In this document: positions 37,936 through 50,201 of the stretch, in pieces
Layout: each line of letters begins with the position of its first letter
Position numbering within the stretch: the first letter of the stretch is position 1
Assembly (NCBI GenBank): GCA_009602735.1
Contig: WELA01003305.1
Span: 281,568 to 332,086, forward strand
Reading direction: 5' to 3'
Length of the DNA: 50,519 nt
Origin: Mesotaenium endlicherianum
Taxonomy: Eukaryota
Position numbers and translations under genes: made by a program
The notes under the pieces: model-generated
Told to the model about the DNA's origin: nothing
Database searches by the model: none
The model's input: the letters and a program-made list of their open reading frames with translations, nothing else

Positions 37936-39611
37936 AACGCACGTCGCTTAAACGATCGTCCCAATGGCTATGTTAGAGTACTGTCTGACTCGCAAAGATA
38001 GCTGTACATAGAGTATTAGGGGCCTATCGCCCCCTCGTTCAGGCGCACCCATGACCAATTGACGTGCTGGGGTGCTAGTAATCCTGGTTATCTCGTCGAG
38101 GGTTGAACATTTTGGAGCGCCCCATGAGTCTGCATGAGAGCTGCTCCTCGTTCGCAAAACGATTTCAGTCTCTTAATTTTTTTGCCCTCGGTTATGTATA
38201 CATGCAGTTCTAGACCATTCGCTGGTCTACGTTGGTCCACCTGGGCCTACCTATCACTGCATATTGATCTGACCTGCAGCATCGAGTGTGTGGAGGAGTG
38301 GATATTAATGGAACCTGGTTGAATCAGGGTTGAATTGCGTGGAATCTCGTTTACTTTAGAACAGTTACTTGGTCAACGCTGTTTAATCAGTGTTTAATGT
38401 GGTTTAATGCCCTGCTAAATTTACCACGTGGAGGTGATAACGCACAACTCCATACAACAATTTTCAAGTTCAAAATTACAGTCAGCTCATTATTGCCTTG
38501 GCGCTTCAAGTGGCTTCAAGCCTCGAATAATTCCTGTTGTCTTGGTATGCATGTGCGTGGATGTGCATGTGAATGTGTATACATGCCTGCCTTGTATTTC
38601 CTCAGTTTTTGGTAGAGAAATCGTTAAACCTACTTGGTAAACGAACGGAGTAATTCCTCTTTGATACCAGCTCTTCACTTGTGGAAGTTGCTCGCAAGAA
38701 GCTGACATACTAGCTGGGTTTGTAGCCGGAAGCAGCGATCTAAGGTACAAGCGATCGATTTTTTTTTCCACCGAGAAGCGCACGGTTACCTTCAGTAGGA
38801 ATTGGTCTGGCGAAGAGGTCAGTGTTTATTGAACTGCCTGTATATCTATATCCGTTATACAATAATATATCAGGTGCAAGCTGTTGTATCTTGAGGTTAC
38901 CTGGCTGTGGAATTTATCGTGTAATAGGGACGTACAAGTGCACTTTTGAACATTCGCTTCTGCTCTTCTCTCACTCTTACAACCAGACATGCACATCCGC
39001 TTGTGGAGGGCCTGTGCCATTCAATCCTATATGATATTTGTAATGAGTCCCTGTAGTAGTGGAAGTGGACTATTGGTAACAGGAAAGTTGAGAAAAGTTA
39101 TGTCGTTGATTGCCTGAATGTCACCACGCATTCACAATGCATTCACAGTGTCTCCCCCCTTCTCCTTTCTCCCCCCACCCACCCCCCCATCCACCCTTGC
39201 TTACCTTTCTTAGGACCAGTTTCCTTTAATGTCCCTCCTGTTCCCAATTGCAGTTTTCAGGAGTGCACATGTCTGTCTCTGAATTTATGTGACTGCCATG
39301 CAGAAAGCATGTCTCGCACGCCTCTGGTCTCGAAGATCAAGAAATGACTCATAACAGTGAGAATGCTGCACTGCTTACTTGAGTTCCCCCCCTTGAGACA
39401 GAGTGACCCCCCTAAAGGCAGGGAGGGAAGGCGTAATTAGTTCCCTTATTACTGCTGCTGGATATTCATATGCTTCTACAAGGTGACATCTGCCTTTGTT
39501 CCCTCCTTGTCCCTGACAGTTGACCATTGACCAGCAGTCAAGCAGCAAGTCAACCAGCAGGTGACTTTATCCATTACAGTGCCAGGTCGGCAGTCCAACG
39601 CAGGTGGTCAA

Positions 39612-40079
39612 ATGACAGGTGGCAGTCAGACAGTCAGGGACAAAGCACCAGAGTCTCCGCCGTCCGACGTGCCACAGGTTGATAATAGCTTCAAGCCGGC
39701 CTCGACTGGCGGCAGCGCTGCACCACAGGGTGGTAACGGCCACCCGCCAGCTGGCAGTGCCAGCATGGGGCACATGGCATCTGCTCCCCCCGACCACCAC
39801 GTCAGATTCCCCAATCCCAGGGAGACGACCATCCCTGACCCTGTCACCCTGGGGGAGCAGTGGGCTTATGCCAGGAGGATGTACTCCAGGCACTATGCTA
39901 GGGCTTGGGGTTTAGCGATCACGGCGGGAGCGGCTGCCTATGGCATTGGATATATTGTCAAGGGCGGCAATCCCCTGGTTGACGATGACTCCCGACGGGA
40001 AGTTGCGGGGGGGAATGCCGAAGGGTCCAATTCCAAAGAAGAAGCAAGCTCGGCCGCTGGCGGGAAGGCGCCACGATGA
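39612..40079 (+). CDS. Small uncharacterised single-pass membrane protein (155 aa) resembling a conserved plant family
   Basis: Single-exon ORF from ATG 39612. The disordered N-terminus is followed by FPNP..PDPVTLGEQWAYARRMYSRHYARAWGLAITAGAAAYGIGYIVKGGNPL, an aromatic helix plus hydrophobic segment similar to plant unknown proteins I recall (not verified). A pyrimidine tract plus CAG ending at 39519 suggests a 5' UTR intron. Confidence 0.75.
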   Translation: MTGGSQTVRDKAPESPPSDVPQVDNSFKPASTGGSAAPQGGNGHPPAGSASMGHMASAPPDHHVRFPNPRETTIPDPVTLGEQWAYARRMYSRHYARAWGLAITAGAAAYGIGYIVKGGNPLVDDDSRREVAGGNAEGSNSKEEASSAAGGKAPR

Positions 40080-41686
40080 GAGGACAAGGAGTAAGGAGGG
40101 GGCAAGTAGTCGGAGATTGGCGTTCAATTGACGGGGAGATGTCGTGGTGAATGAAGTACAGCTTGTTTCTGATACTTGTTTGTCCTGCGTTCCCTCTGTT
40201 TTCTGCAAGTTAGCTGGAGGATGTACAGTATAGCGCTTGTGCGGAACTGTGTACGTATAGATTTTCAGAGGTATACAATTAATTACAAGGACTCTAAGTG
40301 AGTGCCAGCCACTTATCTTGGTGTGCTTCAAGACTTCAACTGTACATATGTAAAGACAAAAGAGAAACATTTGGGACCCCAAGTCCCTCCCTTGTGACAT
40401 TGTGCTACCGACGTCGTGTTAAAGAAGGAAGAGCAATGCATATATTTTCCTTTTTGGCATAGCCGAGAGATAGTGCATAAAATGCACATTATTATGCTTC
40501 GAATACATGTCAGCTATGTTGACCATTGGGATATTCTACATTAAGGGCTTCATGAATCAAATTTTGCATCTGATTACAATGTTCTTTGTGCGCTCTTCGT
40601 GTAGGATACCCATTGCACACTTCATGTAGACGGTAGGCCACCCCATGTGAGCTGAAGATGTATGCACTGCATTACATGTCATGTACAAGCAAATTCAATA
40701 ATGTGATGATGTTAACTATTGTTTTGGCAAGTTGATTGTGCTGACTTTAGCATGCATATCTCACACACTAATGTTGATGTACTTGTAATATACTTGCTAT
40801 TATTCGAGTCACCAACAGGCATATATGGGAGAACTGGCAATTGAGGAGTGCTCGGACTCAAAATCACCTAATAAGTTGACCAGCCCTCTCGCATGCTTTG
40901 TTTTTTTAGCACATACTTGGGACGCCTCATGAGTCCTACTGGATGGTATTTTGATGAGGTGCATAAAACTATTGAATAAGATATGGCAAACAGAGTTAGA
41001 ACCCGAGAGACTTGAGGATAGCATTAGAACGTTTTACTTTGTAAGAAGGACATATCTTTAGATCCATAGGTATAGCTATTGCTTTACAATTGGCATTCAT
41101 CTTGTGAACAATAATCCTTCCTGGTCTTTTTTCTTCATATTTGTTATACACAAAGGTTATTAGAAATGGGCCCCAAAGAGAATGTTTCCTACTAGAGGTC
41201 TCAAAAATCATAGATCCCACCGGGGTTCACGATACTGAATAACCGTGTCCGTTATATGCACACCGACGACTGATTGGCAACTTCAGCAATTTGATATTGC
41301 TTTCGCCTTGACCAAGAAGAACCTTTTTGTAAAATCTGTGTGAACCGGGCTCCTCGTCGAAAAAGTCTACGTTTTGTCTGACGCGGGATTCGTTTTTGAT
41401 GATTACCTTTTTTGTGAGATTAGCAGCCTCGAACTTGCCTTGAAAAGCTTGTGATCTTGTGTGATCTGGTTTGCTTCAGTTTAAGAAGAAGGCTTCGAGC
41501 CTCTGTTTTCTTGTCAAGGTATTGACGTAGGATTGGAGGTTCCTGTAAGACGTACACGCTCGTTTTCTTCAGGCGGTTGGCTTTTGAGGAACTACGTTCT
41601 TGGAGGCGAGTGTTGTTTCATCGTCATAAAGGGCCACGTGCTGAGGCAAAGCGATCCACTGTGAGCTGAAAGGAAAAACACTTGAG

Positions 41687-44056
41687 ATGGGTGATTACTA
41701 CAGGTATGGGGGTAGGGAAAGAGGTCCTGGCGAGATGCAGTATGACGACAACAGGTTTGAAGATGCGTCCGGTCGAGGTGGCTATGCTCTGAGGGACGGT
41801 AGAGACGGGCGACAAGACGTAGGGCCACAATCCAAGCGTCGGAGAGACTTTGGTATGACATATCTTGTCTATGGTTCTCAATAGGATCAAGCTGAGAAGC
41901 TTCTCAGCCCCTCAACTTTTTGGATTCAGACAGTTTTAGGATATTCTAACTGGGACTGAAGTTCTTGTGAAGTTGTTTTTGTTCTACACAGGAAGTTTGA
42001 TAGCTTCTTGACCATGCTAAAACTAGTGAAGGAGCATGTTGCTTTTAGCTTCTAATTTGAAAGTTATTTGTTGACAGCTTCCTGGTCTGCTGCTTTAGAA
42101 AGTGTCATTACTTTCCTTTGCTGCATCTTGATTGCTCCGACTGTCTCAAGAAGTTCACGAGAAGCCCTTGTCATCTTTATTTTGTGTCCTAGAGGAGTAC
42201 TTTCAAGCCATACCAGTATAGCTGGTATAGTCGACTTATACATAAGATGCATGTTACGTTTTTTTGTGTACCAGTTGCAAGTAAGACAAAGCGCATGCCC
42301 CTTTCATTATTGGATTAAATTGACATTACACTTGCCCTTAAAAACACGGCAGAAGTTCATGTCTTCAAAATTGTAGGGAATAATCCCTTCAGAGTCTGCC
42401 AAAAACCTATTGCCGTGTGTTTATGGTGAATTCGCGGCGACAGAAAGAAGCGTCCCTGCGCCTGCACTTCTGGTGTGTCCTTTGCTATGCCATTTGGTAC
42501 GTCCTCGAGGAAGCATGTTTGAGCTCTCGTTGTGACCTGACAGAAGCTGACGGTGTGCTATTCCCCTTTTCCTTATTTTCTGTCTAGTAGAAGATGTGCA
42601 GCAGCAGCCAAGGGGTACCTACATGCAGAGAGACAGGAATGGAGTGTTCATGACGCCCCGAGGCGCAGAGCAGCGCATTTTTGACGACCAGGGGGGAGCT
42701 TTGAGGCCTAGCTACAGAGACCTGGAGCTTCTTGCCGGCAATGACCTGGTATCTGTTAGACCTCAGTGCTTAAGCCCTCTGTGACTTACTCTTTTCCTTG
42801 ACTTATGCTTCTGATTTGACTGGGGTCCACAGTCCATAGTCTAAAGTCTCAACGTTTCTGACCACGGTCTTGACACTTGTGGATCACCCTTGGCCTTGGA
42901 GCAGGTCACTGACTGAAGCTTGATGTTGCTACCATGAGTTGCTGCTGGGACACATGCGTAACCTACCACCACTTTTTTGGATGTGAGCCAAGGCTTGACA
43001 AGCTCCCAATGGATGAATTTTTTGGGAGTTGTCCAAGTTTTCTGTGGTCACACACAGGGTATTATCGGTCTGACAATTGCAAATAAGCACATCACCACTG
43101 GTGTCGTCTGAGGTCAAGAAGAGGAGAGTTTGCTGCTGATGTTCTAATTCACTCTGCACTCACACTTGGACATGTAGTCCGAAAGGAGGAGGTTGGAGAT
43201 GTGAAAGAGGCTTTTGCATCCAAATAAAGTTGGGAGCGACAAGTCAAAAGGGGAAAATAAAGAGGGTCTCTTGCATGCATTGGGTCTCAATTGTACTCCG
43301 AAGGAACTAAAAGTAACACAAGGGGAACGACCTTCTAGGCTTTCAGCAAAAGACTCTTTACGCCATATTATCTACTGGGCATGTTCAGTCTGCACTTTTG
43401 CTTACTGCATCTCAAGATTCTCAGTATGTGCGAGCTTCTGATAATGTGATAGTGTCATTGTGTGCAATAAGTGACATTATGTCGAGCTCTGCAGCATGAT
43501 TTTGCCCTTCTTGGTAGTGTATTGCTGCCTTTTCTCCTCGTATTTGAGTCGGAGTATATCTTACAATCAATCATGTGACTAGTTGCACAACTCTGCATGC
43601 TCCTCCAACCCCCATCTGAAGCCTGCTGTAACCAAAATCTTACTCCCTCCCTTACCCTTCAGCAGCCCCTCACAAACACAAACCCCTGAACTCAAACCCC
43701 TGTATAGATAGACACCCCTATGCAGATTACATCACACCAGAATTGACTTGCTTTTAGGGTTGAGGCGCTTTGAAGGATAACTTGCTTTGAGGGTGGACTC
43801 AATCTAAAGGTTAACTCGCTCTGGCACCGTCTGGACTTCATTGTCCATCTTCTTGAAATAGTCTGTCTCCTGATATCCTGTCTGCTCAGCACAAGCGGGG
43901 CTGGTTTGCCTAGTTGCTTGACTGCTGCCTTCTTGTGCTGCCTCTGCCCGTTAAGCTTATATGTGCTTCCTTCCCATACGAAGTTAAGATGCTACTACAG
44001 TAGCCAGTCAAATGCATCAGTTCTGCAGATTTAAATGCCGCCCCTCCAATCAACAG

Positions 44057-44104
<48 letters not shown>

Positions 44105-44105
44105 N

Positions 44106-44174
<69 letters not shown>

Positions 44175-47100
44175 TCGGTATCCCCCCTCCCCCTTCCAAC
44201 CATCTGCACTGCACTCTCAACATCAGAGCTCTTAACGCAGGAAAACCCTTAACGCAATAACTCTCCTTTTTGCTTCTGTCCACAACAGAGCACCTCAAAG
44301 CTTCACCTCAACCGCCTCGTGTATACCAACCTCTCCTGCCCAGTGTTCCCCCCCCTTCTTTCTCAGCTGCAGTACGCAGGCGCAGGCGTGGCCCCGCTGC
44401 ACGGGGGGATGCGCGTGGGGGGCGGGGGAGGATTGGGGGGAGGCAACGCTCTCTCCCTTGGCCCTGGTGGGGGCCTCCTCCCCGACGACTCCATGATGAT
44501 GGGCGGTGGTGGCAGGGGAGTGGACGTTGGCCTTGCCGGCAGGGGCCCTCTTCTGGGAAACGCCATGGCCACTCCTGACGAGAGTCATGGGGACATGCTG
44601 CCGCACGACGCGTCGGCCACGCTGTTTGTGGACGGCCTGCCCATGGACTGCACTCGCCGCGAGGCAGCACGTATCCTCTTCACATTCTCTGACGCTCTGA
44701 CGCTCTTCTTCTTTCCATTGTTTAGAGTTTTGCGGAGTTTGGTGGGGAGTCTGTGGGACCTGAAGTTCCTAGGGTTTTTTTTTTTTTTTTTGAAACCTGC
44801 TAGTTGTATTTCTGCACAGCATGGACTGTGTGGACTTTGCGGAGTTTGCTGTCGAGCATGTGTGAGCCCAAATGGTTGATGTCAAATTAGTGGACTCTGT
44901 GTGGATTATGAGGACAATTTCTGTGGGACAACTTTATGGTGTCTTTGACTGCAAGCTCCTGGCGGGCATCTCACACGCAGACATTTTCCGGCCCTTCATC
45001 GGCTACAAGGAGGTCAGGCTCGTCCACAAGGAGGCCAAGAAGGTGCGTATCCGCACGGGTGTGGGAGCCTTTGTGTGCGCGCGCATTCGTGCGTGTACTC
45101 ATGTGCGCATACACCCGTGTTTGTGTGTATGTGGATGCATGTATGCGTATACGTGTACATGCGTGTGTTTGCAATGCATGTTGAGTGTGCATGTGTGTAC
45201 GTGCTGGGGAGGGAGGACATTTGCAACCCTTTCCGCAGCTTCCGTGCAGTGCCTCAAAACCTAACAGGACAGGAGACCTTACTTCACTTTTGAACTCGGT
45301 AGCTCTTGCAAGTGCATCAGTTGCCGCGTTTTCCCTGTCCCTCTCACCTACTCCCGGTCCTCCTTCTTTCTCTTCCCCCCTCCATCCCACCCCTCTCGCC
45401 CTCTTGCACTCAGGCATGATAGCCTACTTCTCGCTCTGGTTGGAGCATTCAGCTCAAAATGTCTGCCCCAGCAGCGGAGCATCAGACCGGAAAAGCTGGG
45501 AGCAGTCATGCGGGACCTCCATGCTGCTGCTGCTGCTGCTGCTGCTTGGACTGCTCCCCTTTTGTCTCTCTCGCTCCCTCTCTTTCTGGCTCTCTGGCTC
45601 TGACTCATCATTGACCGCAGACTGCTTCTTGCAGAGTGCTGACAGCAGACCGCTTCTCGTTGCTGACTGCTGCCTGTTGATTGCTGACCTTTGGTTGCTG
45701 ATCGCTGACGACTCACTCGCGGCTGCTGAGCCCGCAATCTGCAGACTGCTGGCTGCACTGTGCTGCGCGCGAATTGGGCTTTCAGCCGCGTGACTGAGCG
45801 CACGCAGCGCCCGCAGCGCCCGCTTGTTTGGAAGTGCAGCTCTATTTTTTAATCGGACGTTTTGGTGCATGTGTGTAATCCGTTTCCGCCTTCGGCTGGA
45901 CAGAGCTCTGACCGCGGGGGAAGGGGGTCCGGTCTCGCTCGTGCTTGCTGCCGCCCGGGGCTGCAGGGTTTTGGGGAGAAGGTGGCGCTGTGCTTTGTGG
46001 AGTTTGCAGATCCCCGCTGCGCCGCCACTGCCCTCGAAGCTCTCCAAGGTTCTCTTTTCCCCTCTCCCCCACTCCGCCTCCCCTCTTCCCCCTCTCTCTC
46101 TACATGTGTGTGTGTGTGTGTGTGTGAGTGCGAGCGCGGGTATGTCTTTTGGACTGTTCCTGGGGCTTCTCAGATTATGATTGGACCTGAGTCATCGACC
46201 GATAGCCCGCGTGTAAAGTCAAGGACGCAATTTTAGCAGAGCAGCCGTTGCTCTCCACGCACGAGTACAGGAGATTGGCGCGTGCTCATTTGGCCTTACA
46301 GCACATTTGTGTCACAGAGGGCAGGCCAGCAGTGGCTTCTTGCAGTCCTACAGGGAAGGGAAAACGAACTTCTTCCCACAAGCTTAAGAGCTTCCCGCGC
46401 CCTTTTTTGCTTCTCCCGCGCCTCGTCTGGAGGTTCTCCTCCACCTGCGTGAGGGTTTGACGATAATGCCTTTAGGTCCCCAGATCCTCTTTTGTGCGTC
46501 TCCCTCTCCCACGCGCTCTCTCCCTGAGTGCCCCCCACACCTGCCAGCTCGCTCAGCTCGCTCGGCTCAACGGTAATGCATGTACTGTCAGGTGCCAGGT
46601 GGCACCAAGTTACGTCCCAGGAAGGTTGCCGCCTTGGGTATCCTAGGTCGCGTGCGCGCGCGCGCGCGCGCAATCGTTTCCCGTAAGCAGCGGGCACGGC
46701 TCCACTGCACAGCTGCTGCCGTTTTGCTCGACTCCAATATCCGCATGTATGGCCCGGCATGCCAGAAAACGATCCGCGAGTATGGGGCAGCTCTTTCGCC
46801 GTGCCCTTCTGGGCCTGCCTCGTCCGCTGTCGACATTTTAATTCTCGTTTCGCAGCATTTTCCATTTCGCGCGCCACTCAGCTTTCCGGGCACCTCGCGC
46901 GCACGCCACTCATACTTGCCACCCCGTGCTCTGCTTCTGTCCGCTCTCTCTCTCTCTCTCTCGCGCTCTCCCTCTATCTCCCTGGGACACGCTCGGCCTC
47001 GCTCATTCTCGCGGTGCCGCTCCGGCTATCTTTTCCTCTCCTTCTCCTCCCCCCCGCCGTGTCCTCGTCCCCCTCCCCCCTGCACCCCTCTTTTTGCTCC

Positions 47101-47512
47101 TCCTCTGCCTCCCCCTCATTCCCCCTCTTGTTCTCTCCCTCCTCCTCCCCTTCTCCCTCGTCCTCTCCCTCGCTCTCTGCCTCGCTCCTTCCGTCTCCCC
47201 TCTTCCCTTTTGCCCTCTCCCTCTCCCTCTCCCTCTTCCCTTTCGCCCCCCCTTTCTCTCCCTCTCCCTCTTCCCTTTCGCCCCCCGTTCCCTTTCCCTC
47301 TCTCTCTCCCTCTCGCTCCTCCAGGCTACCGCTTCGACGAGGCCGATCGCGAGTCCGCCACGTTGCGCCTCACATTCGCTCGCAATCCCGGCCCGCGCGC
47401 TCGCGACGACGGCTTCCGCGGGGGGCCAGGGCCGGGCTTTAGGACCGAGTTTCGCGACGACTTTGCTGCCAGGGGTGGCGGGGTGGGCGGGCGCCCCCCC
47501 CCGCTTCGCTAA
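41687..47512 (+). CDS. RRM RNA-binding protein, nuclear speckle RNA-binding protein (NSR)-like, ~320 aa
   Basis: Exons: 41687-41852, 42588(or 42591/42594)-42748, 44367(or 44373)-44670, 44981-45042, 45967-46048 and 47325-47512; phases are consistent. The RRM reads LPHDASATLFVDGLPMDCTRREAAHIFRPFIGYKEVRLVHKE..LCFVEFADPRCAATALEALQGYRFDEADRESATLRLTFARNPGPR, matching the plant NSR/RBP-type RRM. Confidence 0.9.
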
Positions 47513-49999
47513 GGAGAGCAGCTAAGGAGCGGAGCGCAGAGGAGAGAAAGAGTTAGGAGAGACTCCCGCGCGCCCCCCCCCAGACGTTTGCCACCTGGCA
47601 CCCGGCAAATGCTGCTCCGCGACAACCGGTTTCTCTTACGTCGAACGGCCTCTCGCTCGATGGAGTGCGATCGATTGAGTAGTCTAAGCCAGTCTGCCGG
47701 TGCTGGTGCCAGATCCTCTGCATCAAGAAGTGGGACAAAAGAATGGTCAATGGAATGCCGTAGTAGTGCCAGTGCAGGAGACAAGACGCGTGCTCGAGAG
47801 AGTTGGCAGTTTGCGCTAGGGATATTTTTTTGAGACAGGGCATGAAGAACGATGCGAATCTGGCAGAAGAGAATCTGAGAGCTCTTTGAGAGGTGGAGCT
47901 GAGCTGGCTTCGACTGTAGCGGGCACAGCATCCGTTGGGAGAGACTGCAGAATTTACGACATAATCCTCTTCCTTCGCACGACGTCTCTTTTTGGTACAC
48001 GCTCGCTGGTCTGTTCGATTGCCGTGTGAACAAATGCTATCGAGCATCATGTTGTGTTTGCCCTTGGGGATCATGGACTGTTTGCTGGCTGGCCATTGCA
48101 TGTGGGAGGAAGAGTCTTTTTGTTTGTTGTGTGTGTTTCTTCTGCTTTCAATGTCAAGTTGCTCTCTGTGGTCTGTCTGTCTGTCAATCTTACAGATCGC
48201 TCCGCAACAAAGCCTAATGCCAAGGAGGTAAGGGCGTTACTGCCATCTCTTGCAATCCCTGGTGTTTGAAACAAGCATATCATCAGGGGAGGACATCATT
48301 TGTGTGCGCATGTGTGTGCTTCTCTGGGTGCCTGTGTGTGTGTGGGTGTGTGCGTGTGCTTTCGCGTGCTTCCATTTGTGATGTGGTTGCTTGTGTATCC
48401 CCGTCCACCTGTTGGGTCTGCTTTGCAAAGTTCATGGCTGGAAAATATTACAGCTGCATGCCACTAAACTGGGGCATTGTTGTGCCACTGTAATCCTCGT
48501 CGGGAGTCCGTTGAGGATTCCAAGCAAACACTGAGAATAGGTTCTGCATTTCAGCTAGTTCTTTTCCGCCAAAATTGCTTGGGTACTGGGTGAGGTGGCG
48601 CACTAAGTGCCTCTGGAAAATTTGTTTGTCTGTAGCAAGGACAAAGTCCTTGCTGCCTTTTGCATATACCAATAAGAGTGGTCTTTCCAGCCACTTGAGT
48701 TAGCCAACACGAAGTTGGGCACTCTTGTGTTGACACCTGTCGCACAGAAGACCGCAAGCCGTAGATGGTTGATTGATGCTTTACAATGATGCATGTCATA
48801 TGCAACATAGGTGGTGGACTTCTTTACTTAGTCCTAGCTTTGTAAAAATGAGTCGGTACTTACCCGGTATAGGAAGTGCAAGTGTCGTACGTAGTCATGG
48901 CATAAGTTCAACTTAGGGAATTCAATCTGTAGCTTTTGCCATTGGCGCTGACATCTTATGTTGCACAGAATGCACCCCTTGGTTACTTGAGTCAGTCTTT
49001 GTAAGATGTAGTGGAGATTGAGCAGTTCAAGGGTTTTGCTTATATACATACAGGCATGCTTTTGTGCATGCAAGGTCACAGCACAACAGCAACCATATTG
49101 TAAGTAGAAGGCAGTCACAATGATTGACTTCTTTGCAATGGACGTAAAAGGGCTGGCAATTTTTGTAGCACATGCATGCATGCATGATCCCTGGTATGCA
49201 GTTCACCTAATCAGTGCCATGAATACTAAAAATCTTCAATATATGCAAGCCTTGCTGTCTGCGACATTAATCTTACTTTTTGAAGTGCATGTTGCTGATA
49301 TACCATATGCGCCAAGCTTGTTTGAGCAGTGACATATATGTATATAGTGCCTGCACGAGGAAAACCTTGCTCTGGCCCAGCCCGCAAGAGGAGACCAGAG
49401 TTAAGCTGCCCTAGGAGGCGCAAAGATTGTCCATTACTGCAGATGTGATCGATCAGTTGGTGAGGGTTTAAGTTGATCATCAGGTGTCTCGACAAAAATG
49501 ACAACATTAACCATGCAAAGGCAATCTGCTTCGCGCGCGTTTCTCGACTGCATTACACATCAAATCCAGTGGGACACTAGAGTTTCTTGGGTTATTCCCA
49601 ACATCTTGCGCGTTATCCTCCCCACCACGGGAGGGGCTATAAAAACTGTTGACATTCTAACACTGTTCTGAGTCACAAGTCAACCTCGAACATTTTCCAT
49701 ATCCCCCCATCTTCCCAAGTGGTGTAAACAGTGCACAGCTGATTACATCAGAAAATAAACTTAGCACTTATTGCATACTAATCGACACCTTGCTAAACAA
49801 GTGGTAACGTGTAATAGCACCAGCTGACTTCAAACTCACCAGAAACCTCGAGTGCTGTAATCACGCTCCTTACTATCACGACTTCTACTGTGAAGAAGAG
49901 GAATAAGCTCCGGTAGGACCTTCCCAAGAGAGAGTTTCATAAGAGTCATGCCCATGGAGCACTCTGGCTTTGGCAGCGGCCGTGTATGGCCGCACAATA

Positions 50000-50201
50000 T
50001 CAGGCATCAGCGGCCCCAGCAGCGGCTTCCCTCAAGGAAGATCGCACATACTGGTCCAGCGCTGCGCATGACTCCATGCATTGCTCCACCGCCTGCCACA
50101 TGAGCCAAGCGTGAATGAAGTCAGACGGCAAGCGAAGGTCAGGTTGCGTTGCATGGAATGATCCACTTACGCAGTACGGCTCCCATCCACTGCTGCACTG
50201 C
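50000..50201 (-). CDS. Possible 3' terminal exons of a gene extending beyond the right edge
   Basis: A CTCTCTGACAG acceptor precedes a 31-nt exon (50201-50171), then a GTAAGT donor, a 78-nt intron ending TGGCAG, and an exon from 50092 (AVEQCMESCAALDQYVRSSLREAAAGAADA* if phase 0). Product not recognised; phase uncertain. Confidence 0.3.

Noticed and set aside
46580..47324. Pro/Ser/Leu-rich long ORF upstream of the NSR last exon
   Set aside because: A CT-rich intronic tract; only 47325-47512 is coding.
49597..49645. TCCCAACATC followed by TATAAAAA, resembling a plant snRNA USE-TATA promoter
   Set aside because: The USE match is imperfect and the downstream sequence resembles no snRNA I recognise.
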